From NCBI RefSeq assembly GCF_023705585.1, contig NZ_BOQE01000001.1, positions 337,642 through 369,641 on the forward strand: a DNA stretch of 32,000 nucleotides, in the 5' to 3' direction. This stretch comes from Collibacillus ludicampi. Lineage in GTDB: Bacteria > Bacillota > Bacilli > Tumebacillales > BOQE01. The position numbers and the translations under genes are program-made. This document shows, piece by piece, positions 1-9,304 of this stretch (within the stretch, counting starts at the first letter, position 1; each line of letters starts with the position of its first letter). Below the pieces are notes generated by a model that saw nothing but the letters and a program-made list of their open reading frames with translations, made no database searches and was not told where the DNA came from.

Positions 1-2
1 CT

Positions 3-734
3 CCTTTATGTTTCGCATCTGCGTATGGTCCCGGATGGTTAATCGCTGGAACTTGGCAGATTACCATTGTCTCAGGTTCTCTACTGGCTCCATTTTTTTA
101 TGAATCCGTTCAATCCCCAAATGGAGTGATAAAAATGAAAGGAACAATCCCGTTGAAGGGACTTTCCATGTCATTCATTATCCTTTTGGGAATCGCTCTC
201 ATGCAAGTAGAGCAAGCGAGACATCTCTCTGTAAAAGATTTGTGTTTTGGTGTATTACCTGTAATCGTTGCATCTTTCGCATATCCACTTGGGAATCGCA
301 AAATGATGGAGTTATGTCAAGATCGTTTAGATTCTTATCAACGGGTCTTAGGCATGACGCTTGCGAGCATACCTTTTTGGTTACTGATTTCTATAGTTGG
401 TTTGTTTACAGATGGACTTCCAAGTCGAGGACAGATCGCACAGTCTCTAATTGTTGCCATTTCTTCGGGTATAGTTGCCACTGTTTTATTTTTCAGAGCT
501 ACTGATATGGTGAAAGACAATATACAAAAGTTAGCTTCTGTAGAAGCAACCCAATCCTTGGAAGTATTGTTTACTGTACTAGGAGAATTAGTGTTGTTTG
601 CTCGTCCAGCTCCAGCTTTCTTGTCTTGGATCGGCATGTTTCTTGTCATCATTGGTATGGTTATGCATAGTTATGTTTCACAAAAGAAAGCGCCGGTAAA
701 GATTCCAACAACTAACTCATCAAAAGCACTATAA
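3..734 (+). CDS. DMT/EamA-like multidrug-efflux-type membrane transporter, 5' end cut by the window edge
   Basis: The frame of ORF 126..734 stays open back to nt 3 (PLCFASAYGPGWLIAGTWQITIVSGSLLAPFFY...). The sequence is hydrophobic and helix-rich throughout, so the ATG at 126 is probably internal. Confidence 0.6.
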   Translation, partial: PLCFASAYGPGWLIAGTWQITIVSGSLLAPFFYESVQSPNGVIKMKGTIPLKGLSMSFIILLGIALMQVEQARHLSVKDLCFGVLPVIVASFAYPLGNRKMMELCQDRLDSYQRVLGMTLASIPFWLLISIVGLFTDGLPSRGQIAQSLIVAISSGIVATVLFFRATDMVKDNIQKLASVEATQSLEVLFTVLGELVLFARPAPAFLSWIGMFLVIIGMVMHSYVSQKKAPVKIPTTNSSKAL

Positions 735-802
735 ATCAATTTTAAAAGTCAAAAATTTTTTTCAGGCTCATCCGAATATCTGTGGGAAGTGGAGTCAGTC
801 GA

Positions 803-832
803 TTGTACTGATTTTCCCAAAAAGTGTAGAAT
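803..832 (+). promoter_or_regulatory. Candidate sigma-A promoter (TTGTAC - 18 nt - TAGAAT) for the small downstream ORF
   Basis: The hexamers were read directly at 803-808 and 827-832, about 40 nt upstream of the likely GTG start. Confidence 0.3.
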
Positions 833-869
833 GGAAAGAGAATTGTATATGTATAAGGGAGGGGTTACG

Positions 870-1127
870 GTGCCGGCAGAGCGCACATGGCACAACCTGG
901 AGCTTCCTGAAGAGGCACAACTGGTTCGAAAAGAATTATTCGAATACAGCAGTGACAAGGGAGACTTCATCATCGAATTATTTGAAAATGTAAAAGGTGA
1001 ATATTACGCGATAGGTACTCCACGCCATTCTGACAAACTGATCATTTATGGTTCGCCCGTGATGAGCGATTCATTTATGGCTATGCAAACCGTAATCGAA
1101 AAAATCGAGCGAGAAGGTGCCTGTTAG
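870..1127 (+). CDS. Small hypothetical protein of about 85 aa
   Basis: This is the ORF 789..1127 frame. AAGGGAGGGG at 855-864 sits 5 nt before the in-frame GTG at 870. No family was recognised. Confidence 0.5.
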   Translation: MPAERTWHNLELPEEAQLVRKELFEYSSDKGDFIIELFENVKGEYYAIGTPRHSDKLIIYGSPVMSDSFMAMQTVIEKIEREGAC

Positions 1128-1150
1128 TTTTGTCAATTTGAAATTGGCTA

Positions 1151-1375
1151 CCTTGAAAATGAGTGCTTGGGTGGGTGTATTGCTTTGCGCTTGGGTTCGA
1201 TGAAGGTCGTCCCGCCGGGATTCTTAACAGAGGTTGCGGAACGACCTTCAACTCACCTCTTCGTCGCAAAGCGATACAACCCACCCAAAAGCCACTCCGT
1301 TTCTTGAGATAGCCTTATACTTCTTCCCTCACAAGAAACTTTTCATCCTCTGATGGCGCCGCTTGCGGCATGGAG
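1151..1375. repeat. Long imperfect palindromic intergenic repeat, copy A (diverged, with a 44-nt internal insertion at 1295-1338)
   Basis: Left arm ...GGGTGGGTGTATTGCTTTGCG...GAAGGTCGTCCCGC pairs with right arm GCGGAACGACCTTC...CGCAAAGCGATACAACCCACCC. The tail TTTTCATCCTCTGATGGCGCCGCTTGCGGCATGG is shared with the copy at 18339-18517. Confidence 0.85.
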
Positions 1376-1425
1376 GGCCGTATCAAGAGTGCCGCCCTGG
1401 AGCAAATTCATCTTTCTTGGCTATG

Positions 1426-2505
1426 TTACGATTTGAGCCATTCCACCGTTTTCTGATCGAGCTTTTTCACAACGGCAGCCAACAATTTTGCCGCATGATG
1501 CAGATCGTCATGATGAATGATTGACGCATGACTATGGATATAGCGTGTAGGAAAACCGATCACCAGTGAGGGAACACCTTGGTGTACAAGATGAGCGCGC
1601 CCCGCGTCAGTTCCTCCACCGGAAATCGCATCATACTGATAAGGGATTCCTTCTTCTTCCGCCGTATCTATGACGAGATCACGCAGCTTTGTATGCGGCA
1701 CCATCGAGCCGTCATAGATCACAATCGTCGGGCCTTTCCCGCACTTGGCGTTCGGCATGTTTGCAGAGTCGGCAATCCCCGGCGTGTCCCCCGCGATACC
1801 TACATCCAAAGCAAAAAATACATCAGGTTCGATCATATATGTACTCGTTTGTGCACCGCGAAGACCTACTTCTTCCTGAACAGTGGCCCCGCTGTAGACC
1901 ACATTGGGGTGGTCAATTCCTTGCAAGTTTTTTAATACCTCAATGGCGACCGCACAGCCGGCACGGTTATCGAGAGCTTTTGCCATGTACATTTTTTCGT
2001 TTGCCATTACGGTAAATGGACAAATCGGTACGATTGGATCTCCGGGACGAATTCCCATCTCTTTGGCATGTTCGTCACTCGTGGCGCTTACATCGATAAA
2101 CATATGCTTGATATCGACAACCTTGTTTCTCTCTTCAGGCGGTAAAACATGCGGCGGCTTGGAACCGATCACACCGATGATATCCCCTTTGCGCGTTTTG
2201 ATTTTCACGCGCTGTGCCAGCATGACTTGAGACCACCACCCTCCGAGCGTTTGAAATTTGATAAAACCATCTTTCGTTATATGGGTCACAATAAATCCGA
2301 TCTCGTCCATGTGCCCCATCATCATGACCTTGGGACCGCCCGCCAGCCCTACCTTACGTCCTACGATGCTTCCCAGGTTATCTGTATACACTTCATCGGT
2401 GAGTGGCTTTAAATACGCCTGCATCAATTCGCGTATTTCTTGTTCCTGTCCCGGGACGCCCGAGGCCTCCGTCAGTTCCTTCAAAATGGTTGTCAGATCC
2501 TTCAT
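1426..2505 (-). CDS. M42 family glutamyl aminopeptidase (YsdC/YtoP/PepA-like)
   Basis: A 359-aa ORF with typical M42 motifs ([30 protein letters not shown]). RBS AAAGAGGG lies upstream of the ATG. Confidence 0.9.
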   Translation of the reverse strand: MKDLTTILKELTEASGVPGQEQEIRELMQAYLKPLTDEVYTDNLGSIVGRKVGLAGGPKVMMMGHMDEIGFIVTHITKDGFIKFQTLGGWWSQVMLAQRVKIKTRKGDIIGVIGSKPPHVLPPEERNKVVDIKHMFIDVSATSDEHAKEMGIRPGDPIVPICPFTVMANEKMYMAKALDNRAGCAVAIEVLKNLQGIDHPNVVYSGATVQEEVGLRGAQTSTYMIEPDVFFALDVGIAGDTPGIADSANMPNAKCGKGPTIVIYDGSMVPHTKLRDLVIDTAEEEGIPYQYDAISGGGTDAGRAHLVHQGVPSLVIGFPTRYIHSHASIIHHDDLHHAAKLLAAVVKKLDQKTVEWLKS

Positions 2506-2757
2506 GATATCGCCCTCTTTCAGCTACTTTTCCTTATTTTACAAAACAGGATTTGATTTGTATATATCTTAGCCCCATTGCAACACTGCCAATCCCCCCG
2601 AATATACTTAAGCAAACGTAGTGTGTAATAATACGAGCCTCTTCATACCCATTTTAATCGCAACCTGGCTTTGAAAAATGTGTTCTCTTATGCGGGCGAA
2701 ACAAATGCGGCATGAGTGGTTACCGTGAAAATTGATGAACTGGCGAGGAGGATTCTC

Positions 2758-3090
2758 ATGGTTTCAATGATTCCTATGACCGTTGACGGGCAAACGGTCA
2801 TCGGTATTCATGTAGCCCTTCCCAAAACCAATCTGCTCGCGATTACAACGAACATTGGATACATCATGTGCGGGGCGCTTGATATCCAACTGTTAAATGA
2901 ACGTCTGAGCGAGAGGGAAATCATTGCGGCAAGGATGGTTGGTGTAAAAACGCTTGAGGAACTTTTGAAAGGAACGGTGGAATCTTCAACATTTAAGGCA
3001 CAGGAACTCGGAATCGTTCCCGGAACAAGCGGACGCGAAGCATTGCGTATCATGCTCTCGGCACAAACGAACACCCCTGCACGCTCTTGA
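2758..3090 (+). CDS. yunC: DUF1805 (YunC-like) protein
   Basis: LPKTNLLAITTNIGYIMCGALD resembles B. subtilis YunC. GAGGAGG lies 6 nt before the ATG at 2758, so the 2716 start of the ORF track is unlikely. Confidence 0.75.
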   Translation: MVSMIPMTVDGQTVIGIHVALPKTNLLAITTNIGYIMCGALDIQLLNERLSEREIIAARMVGVKTLEELLKGTVESSTFKAQELGIVPGTSGREALRIMLSAQTNTPARS

Positions 3091-3100
3091 ATATATGCGG

Positions 3101-3253
3101 CCAACGGGAGTATGCTTCGCTTTGATTCGGTGAGGTCGTCTCAGCGGGTATATGCTTTGCGCTTATGCTCCGTGAAGGTCGTCTCGCATATATTAATATT
3201 CAAAAGTTGCGAGACGATCTTCAAAGTCGCTATTACGTGCGAAGCATATGACC
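3101..3253. repeat. Palindromic repeat locus B: a partial outer left arm (about 3106-3145) followed by a complete inner unit (3146-3253)
   Basis: TATGCTTCGCTTTGATTCGGTGAGGTCGTCTCAGC is followed by GGGTATATGCTTTGCG...GAAGGTCGTCTCGC-loop-GCGAGACGATCTTCAAAGTCGCTATTACGTGCGAAGCATATGACC. The outer/inner junction is the same as at 30571-30586. Confidence 0.85.
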
Positions 3254-3314
3254 TCTTAATATATCAAAGAAGCGGAACAACCTTACCTCAATGAATCAGA
3301 TCGGTTCTAAGACC

Positions 3315-4010
3315 TTAGGCAGACGTTCTCGCTGCCTCCAACAGAGCATCCAGCAAAGACCGTAATTTTCCCTTTTCCTCCTCAGGTATAGTTTCAGAGA
3401 GTCGGGCCGCAGTAATTGGCAGCATCCATTCGTTGATCTGATCAATGGCCGAGCCGGAGATTTCCAAATACCTGTTTACATATTTATTGCAAATCCGCTT
3501 TCGTAATGATGGAATCAATAACTTAACAATTGCGGGTAGTCCTGATGGTAAAGCACCGTATTTCAGTATCAGAATGGTTCGGGCGACATCAGCTAAAGGA
3601 TTCCCGCTGGTTCCGGTCGTCCAGTCAATAATGACGGGACCTTGACGAGTCAACATGATATTATCAGGATGAAAATCCCCATGGCATATTTGATTTCCGT
3701 CAGGCAACCGATCGAGGTGCTCTCGAATCAATTGTTTATCGCTGTCCGTTAAACAGTCCACCTGTTCAATTCTTGCTCTTACGATATTCTTTTGTGAAGG
3801 TAAGCCGCTGCTTTCGGTTTTATGTAATTCATAATGAAGTTCGGCTAACCTTTTCGCTTCTTTGTCGACATTCCACAGATTCCTGGATATGTACGAAGTC
3901 ATCGTGATCCCAACTATTCGCTCATATACAATCCCTTTTTTTCCTTCGACGTCAACCATTCCAAAGACTTTCGGGACAGGAAGACCGAGTTTATCTACCG
4001 CCTGGCTCAC
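3315..4010 (-). CDS. Aminoglycoside/choline-kinase-type phosphotransferase (APH family). The called ORF lacks the N-lobe, and the frame is open further upstream to 4124 (see findings).
   Basis: HGDFHPDNIM catalytic-loop and IIDW motifs are present. The only canonical start is GTG 4010, yet the same frame upstream encodes RAKIGQGYTAEIYAWGEYEIVKLFY (Gly-loop plus Lys). Confidence 0.7.
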   Translation of the reverse strand: MSQAVDKLGLPVPKVFGMVDVEGKKGIVYERIVGITMTSYISRNLWNVDKEAKRLAELHYELHKTESSGLPSQKNIVRARIEQVDCLTDSDKQLIREHLDRLPDGNQICHGDFHPDNIMLTRQGPVIIDWTTGTSGNPLADVARTILILKYGALPSGLPAIVKLLIPSLRKRICNKYVNRYLEISGSAIDQINEWMLPITAARLSETIPEEEKGKLRSLLDALLEAARTSA

Positions 4011-4300
4011 ATTCAGTTCGTGGTCAATAATGAACTGGGGGATTGTTTTATAGAAAAGCTTTACGATTTCATATTCTCCCCAAGCATAAATTTCAGCCGT
4101 GTAACCCTGACCGATTTTGGCCCTTTATTCAAGCAAGTTCCCCTCTCACGATTCGATGAATAGTCCGAATGATTTTTCAAGCCTTGTTTTCCAATTTCTG
4201 TGATGCTTATGGTATTCATACTACATAATACCAAAGAGTTCCTCCCCACTCAATGTAAATTCATATGTTTCAAATTATTCGTTTTTTATGAGCGATAGCG

Positions 4301-4336
4301 AATAAAAAAACGAGACGTGTTTGACGTCTCGTTTTT
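4301..4336 (-). terminator. Rho-independent terminator, bidirectional in shape, downstream of the GT2 gene
   Basis: AACGAGACGT-GTTTG-ACGTCTCGTT stem-loop flanked by an A-run and a T-run. On the minus strand the stem is followed by TTTTTTTATT. Confidence 0.8.
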
Positions 4337-4354
4337 ACTGAAGTTCAATCCCAA

Positions 4355-5599
4355 TCAGTGAGAGATCTCCTCTAAACGAACAGCGCGAGTATGCACCGTG
4401 TGGCTCCATTCCCTGTTATTCCGGGTGAAATATCCTGCAACCGTGACTGGAAACCAAGTAAATACGAATAGAGGGAAGATAATCAGACCTAAATACGCTT
4501 TCCAAGGAACGCGTTCAAGCAACATGGCCAACGGCATCTGCAGATAAAGAAGCACGTTCACAACAATCCAGAACCAGTTCGGCAGGATCGCCGACAGGTT
4601 GGTCAATTGGAAAAACTCAGGATAACCGACTTGCAAGTAAAGCATGATCGATGTGAACAACACGATCAAAAGACGCATCGGCTGGAACAAGTACAATGCC
4701 GAATCAAACATGGACAAGTTTCGTGTAACAATCGCTTTGCGGAGCAGAGGGAACATGTATTTACGTGCACAGTCAAAATGCCCCTGCATCCAGCGAATCC
4801 GTTGACGCATAGAAGCCTTCAAAGTCAAAGGTTTCTCATCGTATACTTTCGCGTTATGTGCCCATACAGGATTAATGCCACGATCCACGCAACGCACGGT
4901 GAACTCCAGATCCTCTGTGAGGCTGGTAGCCCCCCATCCGATCTCTTTCAGGAGTGCCGTTTCGATGCAAATCCCGGTACCGCCTAGAGCATTCGGTAAA
5001 TTTAAATTATATCGGGCCAATTGCCACATACGGTTGGTAAACCAGTAGGCGACGGCGTACGAGATACTGATCCAGGAATCGAACGGGTTCTTCGTATCCA
5101 GGTACCCCTGAATCACACGCGCCCCCTGACATAACTTCTCGTTCATTTCACGGAGGAAGTTCTTCGCGACAAGGTTATCCGCGTCAAACATGACAACCGC
5201 ATCATACTCTTTCTCCATTTCCCAGAGGCGTTCTAACGCCCATTCGATCGCATAACCTTTCCCGCGTTTCTCTTTGTCATGACGTTCCAGTGCGATCGCA
5301 CCATGTTTTCTTACGATATCCGCCGTATGATCCGTGCAGTTATCGCAAATCACGAAGATATCATACATGTCTCTGGGATAATCAAGATTCTGTAGATTTT
5401 CGATCAGTGGCGCGATAACCTCTTCTTCGTTGTGCGCCGCAACAAGTACTGCAAATGTCTTCTCCGGTGGATTTTTTATTTCTTCACTTTTTTTCTTCAG
5501 CCCGGCCAGTGACAGCGCTACTTGGTAAGCACTAATCGCTCCAGTAAGCCCTTGTAATGCTATGAAAGCATCATTCGCCAGACTATGCAGAATCGACAT
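4355..5599 (-). CDS. Membrane-bound family-2 glycosyltransferase (processive beta-glycosyltransferase type)
   Basis: GT2 motifs VLVAAHNEE, DNCTD, FDADN and QRIRWMQG are flanked by N- and C-terminal hydrophobic segments. GAGGGAG lies 6 nt before the ATG at 5599. Confidence 0.85.
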   Translation of the reverse strand: MSILHSLANDAFIALQGLTGAISAYQVALSLAGLKKKSEEIKNPPEKTFAVLVAAHNEEEVIAPLIENLQNLDYPRDMYDIFVICDNCTDHTADIVRKHGAIALERHDKEKRGKGYAIEWALERLWEMEKEYDAVVMFDADNLVAKNFLREMNEKLCQGARVIQGYLDTKNPFDSWISISYAVAYWFTNRMWQLARYNLNLPNALGGTGICIETALLKEIGWGATSLTEDLEFTVRCVDRGINPVWAHNAKVYDEKPLTLKASMRQRIRWMQGHFDCARKYMFPLLRKAIVTRNLSMFDSALYLFQPMRLLIVLFTSIMLYLQVGYPEFFQLTNLSAILPNWFWIVVNVLLYLQMPLAMLLERVPWKAYLGLIIFPLFVFTWFPVTVAGYFTRNNREWSHTVHTRAVRLEEISH

Positions 5600-5909
5600 T
5601 GAAAACTCCCTCACTTTTTTTCGTGTGGCGTTTTTCCAATTTCGTTAAGATTCTACCACAACTTCAGCTTCTAAGAAACCTTGTTCATTCAATAACTTAC
5701 TATAACATTTATATATTTCACGTACAAGTAGATTCCATTGTTTCGAAAAATCCATTCTTTTACTTGCTCGAACGTTTTCTTGGTTACACTCTCCAAGTCT
5801 ATGATTGTTCGAATCTCGGTAGTACCCGGATGCGATTATTACAAGAGGGAAGATTCTTCTGAGAAAATCGTGTACAATGGGGAGGTGAATATATGTAGCA
5901 GAGGGTGAA

Positions 5910-6521
5910 ATGATGAGTCATCTGTTGGAGTATTTGGCCCATGTAACGAGTGACATCGTTGCAGGAGCCGGGTATTGGGGCATTTTCGTTGCTATGTTCG
6001 TTGAAAGCATGGGTATTCCTTTACCGAGCGAAGTCACCATGCCCTACGGAGGATATCTTGTTTCCTTGGGGAAACTCGGATTCTGGCCTGTCGTCATCGC
6101 CGGGACGATCGGGAATATTTTAGGTTCCCTTGTGTTTTATATCATCGGTGCTACAGGGGGAAGGGTCTTTCTCAAGAAATTCGGTAAATATATTTTGTTT
6201 AACGAAAAACATTTGGATACGGCAGATCGGTGGTTCTCCCACTACGGTGAAGCGACCGTATTCTTCGGCCGTCTATTGCCTGTGGTACGCACATATATCT
6301 CTCTCCCTGCTGGCATCTCTCGCATGCCGCTCGGCAAATTTTTATTTTACAGCACGATCGGTGTCATCCCTTGGTGCTGGTTATTTACTTACATCGGCAT
6401 CAAGCTTGGACAAAATTGGGAAGAAATTCACGGGATCTTTCACTATCTCAACTATGTGGTCTTACTCATCGTCATTCTCATCTTGCTTCTCTTTTGGAAA
6501 AAAGGTCTGCGCAAACGGTGA
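5910..6521 (+). CDS. DedA family membrane protein
   Basis: A 203-aa polytopic ORF with DedA-like FVESMGIPLPSE and GRLLPVVRTYISLPAG motifs. RBS AGAGGGTGAA precedes it. Confidence 0.85.
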   Translation: MMSHLLEYLAHVTSDIVAGAGYWGIFVAMFVESMGIPLPSEVTMPYGGYLVSLGKLGFWPVVIAGTIGNILGSLVFYIIGATGGRVFLKKFGKYILFNEKHLDTADRWFSHYGEATVFFGRLLPVVRTYISLPAGISRMPLGKFLFYSTIGVIPWCWLFTYIGIKLGQNWEEIHGIFHYLNYVVLLIVILILLLFWKKGLRKR

Positions 6522-6603
6522 TCGCCGTTTGTACAGACCTTTCTCCATAACGATTCTTTCTCCCGAACTGCTCAACCTTTTATCCTGTTTTCAATAGAGC
6601 CCT

Positions 6604-7779
6604 CTATACAGACGAGTCTTCACTCGTCTGAACAAGTTTCTGAAAATAAAAAAGCAGAAGTAAAGCGACTATAGACATGATCGCTCCTGAATAATAGGGC
6701 AAAGTCATTCCTTTCGCGTAAAGAAGGCCGCCGACCGGGGGACCGGCGATTCTGCCCAGAGAATCGAGTGATCCTAATAATCCCAACGCATTCCCCTGCC
6801 CAAATGTCGTCCGTTTTGAGATCAATGCACTGACGCTCGGTCGAATCATTCCGTTTCCGGCTCCAAATACAGCCAGGAAAATGGCGCCTGTTACCATATC
6901 GGTCACCCTGACGATCAATAAAAATCCGATCGCCGATACCAGTAAGCCGATCTGGATCACGCGGTCTTCACCGAAGCGCTTGATCAGCTTGCCGATCAAT
7001 CCTCCTTGAATAAAGGCGCCAACGACCCCCATGACCACAAACACATATCCCAATTGGACAGAAGTCATATGCAACTTATCGACAGCATAGAAAGCAAATG
7101 TGCTTTCAAGACCGGCCAGAGAAAAGCTCACAACGAACGACATGATATACAGATAGGCGAGAGAGCCACGAAATGCTGACCAGCGGGACGTTTTTTTACC
7201 AGGTGATTGGCGCTTCTCTTTCGGTAATGATTCTTTCAGAACGATCGACGCGACGATAAACGTTAACGCGGCTAACATCCCCGCGAAGAGAAACGGTTTA
7301 TCGTAACCCCATTTGGATAAAGAACCGCCAATGGCAGGACCAAAAATAAAACCTAGACCTGCCGCCGCACCGATCATCCCCATCCCTTTTCCGCGCGTCT
7401 CTTCTGTGGTTATGTCAGCCACGTAAGCCATCGCGGTCGGCATCGCAGCAGCTGACAAGGCTCCTGCCAGGATTCTCGAAACGAACAGTTGCCACAATTC
7501 CGTCGCTAGACCAAAAGCGACGTACGCGATACCAAATCCAAACAATCCGATCAACATCACAGGTTTTCTGCCCATCCGGTCGGAGATATTTCCCCATATG
7601 GGTGAAAAAAGCAAGTTCATGAAAGAATAGGTAGCCATGAGCCAACCGAGAGTCAGAGAACTGGCACCAAGTTCGCGTGCATACAAAGGAAGAACCGGAA
7701 TGACAATGCCGAAACCGAGCATGACCAAAAACATGACGAGAAAAAGGACGGGCAAGGCTTTTCGGGTAGAACTCATCAT
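6604..7779 (-). CDS. MFS transporter (drug/H+ antiporter-like, 12 TM)
   Basis: A 391-aa hydrophobic ORF with the MFS motif GNISDRMGRKPV. RBS GGAGAGTGAGGTGAGG precedes it. Confidence 0.9.
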   Translation of the reverse strand: MMSSTRKALPVLFLVMFLVMLGFGIVIPVLPLYARELGASSLTLGWLMATYSFMNLLFSPIWGNISDRMGRKPVMLIGLFGFGIAYVAFGLATELWQLFVSRILAGALSAAAMPTAMAYVADITTEETRGKGMGMIGAAAGLGFIFGPAIGGSLSKWGYDKPFLFAGMLAALTFIVASIVLKESLPKEKRQSPGKKTSRWSAFRGSLAYLYIMSFVVSFSLAGLESTFAFYAVDKLHMTSVQLGYVFVVMGVVGAFIQGGLIGKLIKRFGEDRVIQIGLLVSAIGFLLIVRVTDMVTGAIFLAVFGAGNGMIRPSVSALISKRTTFGQGNALGLLGSLDSLGRIAGPPVGGLLYAKGMTLPYYSGAIMSIVALLLLFYFQKLVQTSEDSSV

Positions 7780-7867
7780 CCCTCACCTCACTCTCCGTGT
7801 TCGATTTACACGTACTCGATCATTCATCATTTTCGTCTTCAAACTCTCACTTTCCAGCGCAGATCTC

Positions 7868-9136
7868 TTATCGTTGTAGCTTATGTAACAACTCGACAAG
7901 CGTATGCCGATCATGATTTGCCTCGACCAGGTCTTTCGGATAATAGAAACGATGATACACTTCAGGAACCAATGAATGAATGAGTTTAGATGCTTCGCAT
8001 ACATCACGAAGTCTCCCGTCATCCCCCACATATTTTATCCCTTGTTTATAAAGATACCCTCCTGTGGAGATCGCTTTGTAAGACAAATAAGAGTCTGAAG
8101 GAATGCCGGCATCGTCAAAAGCATGTTGAATTTCAAGGAGAGTATCCACATCCAATGGGTGCCGACAAGCGACTGAAGAGAGTAAACGTCTGTCGCGAAA
8201 CCTAGCCGCCAAATCACGGAGCGAAAGGTCTTCTTCTTCCCTCCAGCATGAAAATGCATAATGCATGACCGTGTCATCCAACTGCAGAAACTCCTCAACT
8301 GTGATTTCCGATTCCGGTTTTTCAAAGAATGGAACCAATTCTTTTGGACAATACTTCAGTTGTCCCTCCTGGAACAGATCACGGGCACGGCTTAAAATTT
8401 TCCCTAAAAGCACGTCGCTTCCAATGGTCGTGGAATGAAGATACACCTGTGTATACATGAAGTAGCGTGCCAACAAATACTGTTCGACCGTATGCATCCC
8501 GGATTGCTTGATAACAATATCATGCCCGAATGGTCTCATGATTCGTATCAGACGCTCCAACTCAAACCGTCCGTACGTCACGCCTGTATGTAACGCATCA
8601 CGCAACAGATAATCCATGCGGTCAACATCCATTTCTGAGGCGATGAGACGCTCCAACAGGGGAAATTTCTGCCCTTTACTGATCACGGAGAGAAGGTCGG
8701 AAGGGAAATCTGTATCGATCTGAGACAAGATGCCGTGAATCTCGCGATCCTCCATGAGAATACGCCTCGTCCACGTTTCATGGTGGGTTTTGAAAACGCC
8801 CTCGAATGCATGAGAAAAGGGTCCGTGCCCGATGTCATGAAGCAACGCGGAAGCCAGAGCCAATCGTACCATTCTCTCATCTTGCGGCCAATTATGATTG
8901 CGGGAAAAATGGGAGAGCACTTGCCGCATGATTTCATAGGTTCCCAACGAATGTGTAAATCGGCTATGTTCAGCTCCGTGAAACACAAGAAACGATGTTC
9001 CCATTTGCCGGATCCTGCGAAGCCGTTGGAATGCACGTGTGTTTATTAATGACCAAACGAACGGGTCTTTGACATAAATGTAATCGTGCACAGGATCTTT
9101 AAATACTTTTTCTTCGCGAAAATGCAGGTCGGCCAC
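7868..9136 (-). CDS. HD-domain phosphohydrolase (YwfO / dNTP-triphosphohydrolase-like)
   Basis: HSLGT...LLHDIGHGPFSH HD signature in a 422-aa ORF. GTG start is preceded by GGGGGGAG. Confidence 0.85.
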   Translation of the reverse strand: MADLHFREEKVFKDPVHDYIYVKDPFVWSLINTRAFQRLRRIRQMGTSFLVFHGAEHSRFTHSLGTYEIMRQVLSHFSRNHNWPQDERMVRLALASALLHDIGHGPFSHAFEGVFKTHHETWTRRILMEDREIHGILSQIDTDFPSDLLSVISKGQKFPLLERLIASEMDVDRMDYLLRDALHTGVTYGRFELERLIRIMRPFGHDIVIKQSGMHTVEQYLLARYFMYTQVYLHSTTIGSDVLLGKILSRARDLFQEGQLKYCPKELVPFFEKPESEITVEEFLQLDDTVMHYAFSCWREEEDLSLRDLAARFRDRRLLSSVACRHPLDVDTLLEIQHAFDDAGIPSDSYLSYKAISTGGYLYKQGIKYVGDDGRLRDVCEASKLIHSLVPEVYHRFYYPKDLVEANHDRHTLVELLHKLQR

Positions 9137-9304
9137 GCTTCTCCCCCCTGCTTAAACATTTGTAGTCATTCAGATTGAACACCATAAACCTAGTTTACCA
9201 TATTTAGGGTGGCTGTTTAACCTCTTTTGCGGCCATGGTATTTTTGAGAAATAATTCGTATAATGATTGGAGACGACTATCTCTTGCGAGAAGGAGCAAA
9301 AACG

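Noticed and set aside
3112-3294. ORF-track proteins running through the repeats (3112..3294 +, 30387..30704 +, 1081..1284 -, 18051..18479 -, 18379..18654 +)
   Set aside because: They lie entirely or largely inside palindromic repeat units and have no RBS. Similar peptide strings (for example ...SCETIFKVAIT... and ...CCETAFKVAIT...) arise only because the DNA repeat is read in frame. I treat them as spurious.
6609-6630. Perfect 9-bp hairpin CAGACGAGT-CTTC-ACTCGTCTG as the terminator for the convergent dedA/MFS pair
   Set aside because: It lies inside the last codons of the MFS gene and has no U-tract on either strand, so I cannot support calling it an intrinsic terminator.
7868-9136. HD-domain dNTPase-like protein as a phage-defence (dNTP depletion) gene
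   Set aside because: It sits among housekeeping genes with no mobile or defence neighbours and resembles the broadly conserved YwfO-type protein. There is no sequence-level reason to call it a defence system.
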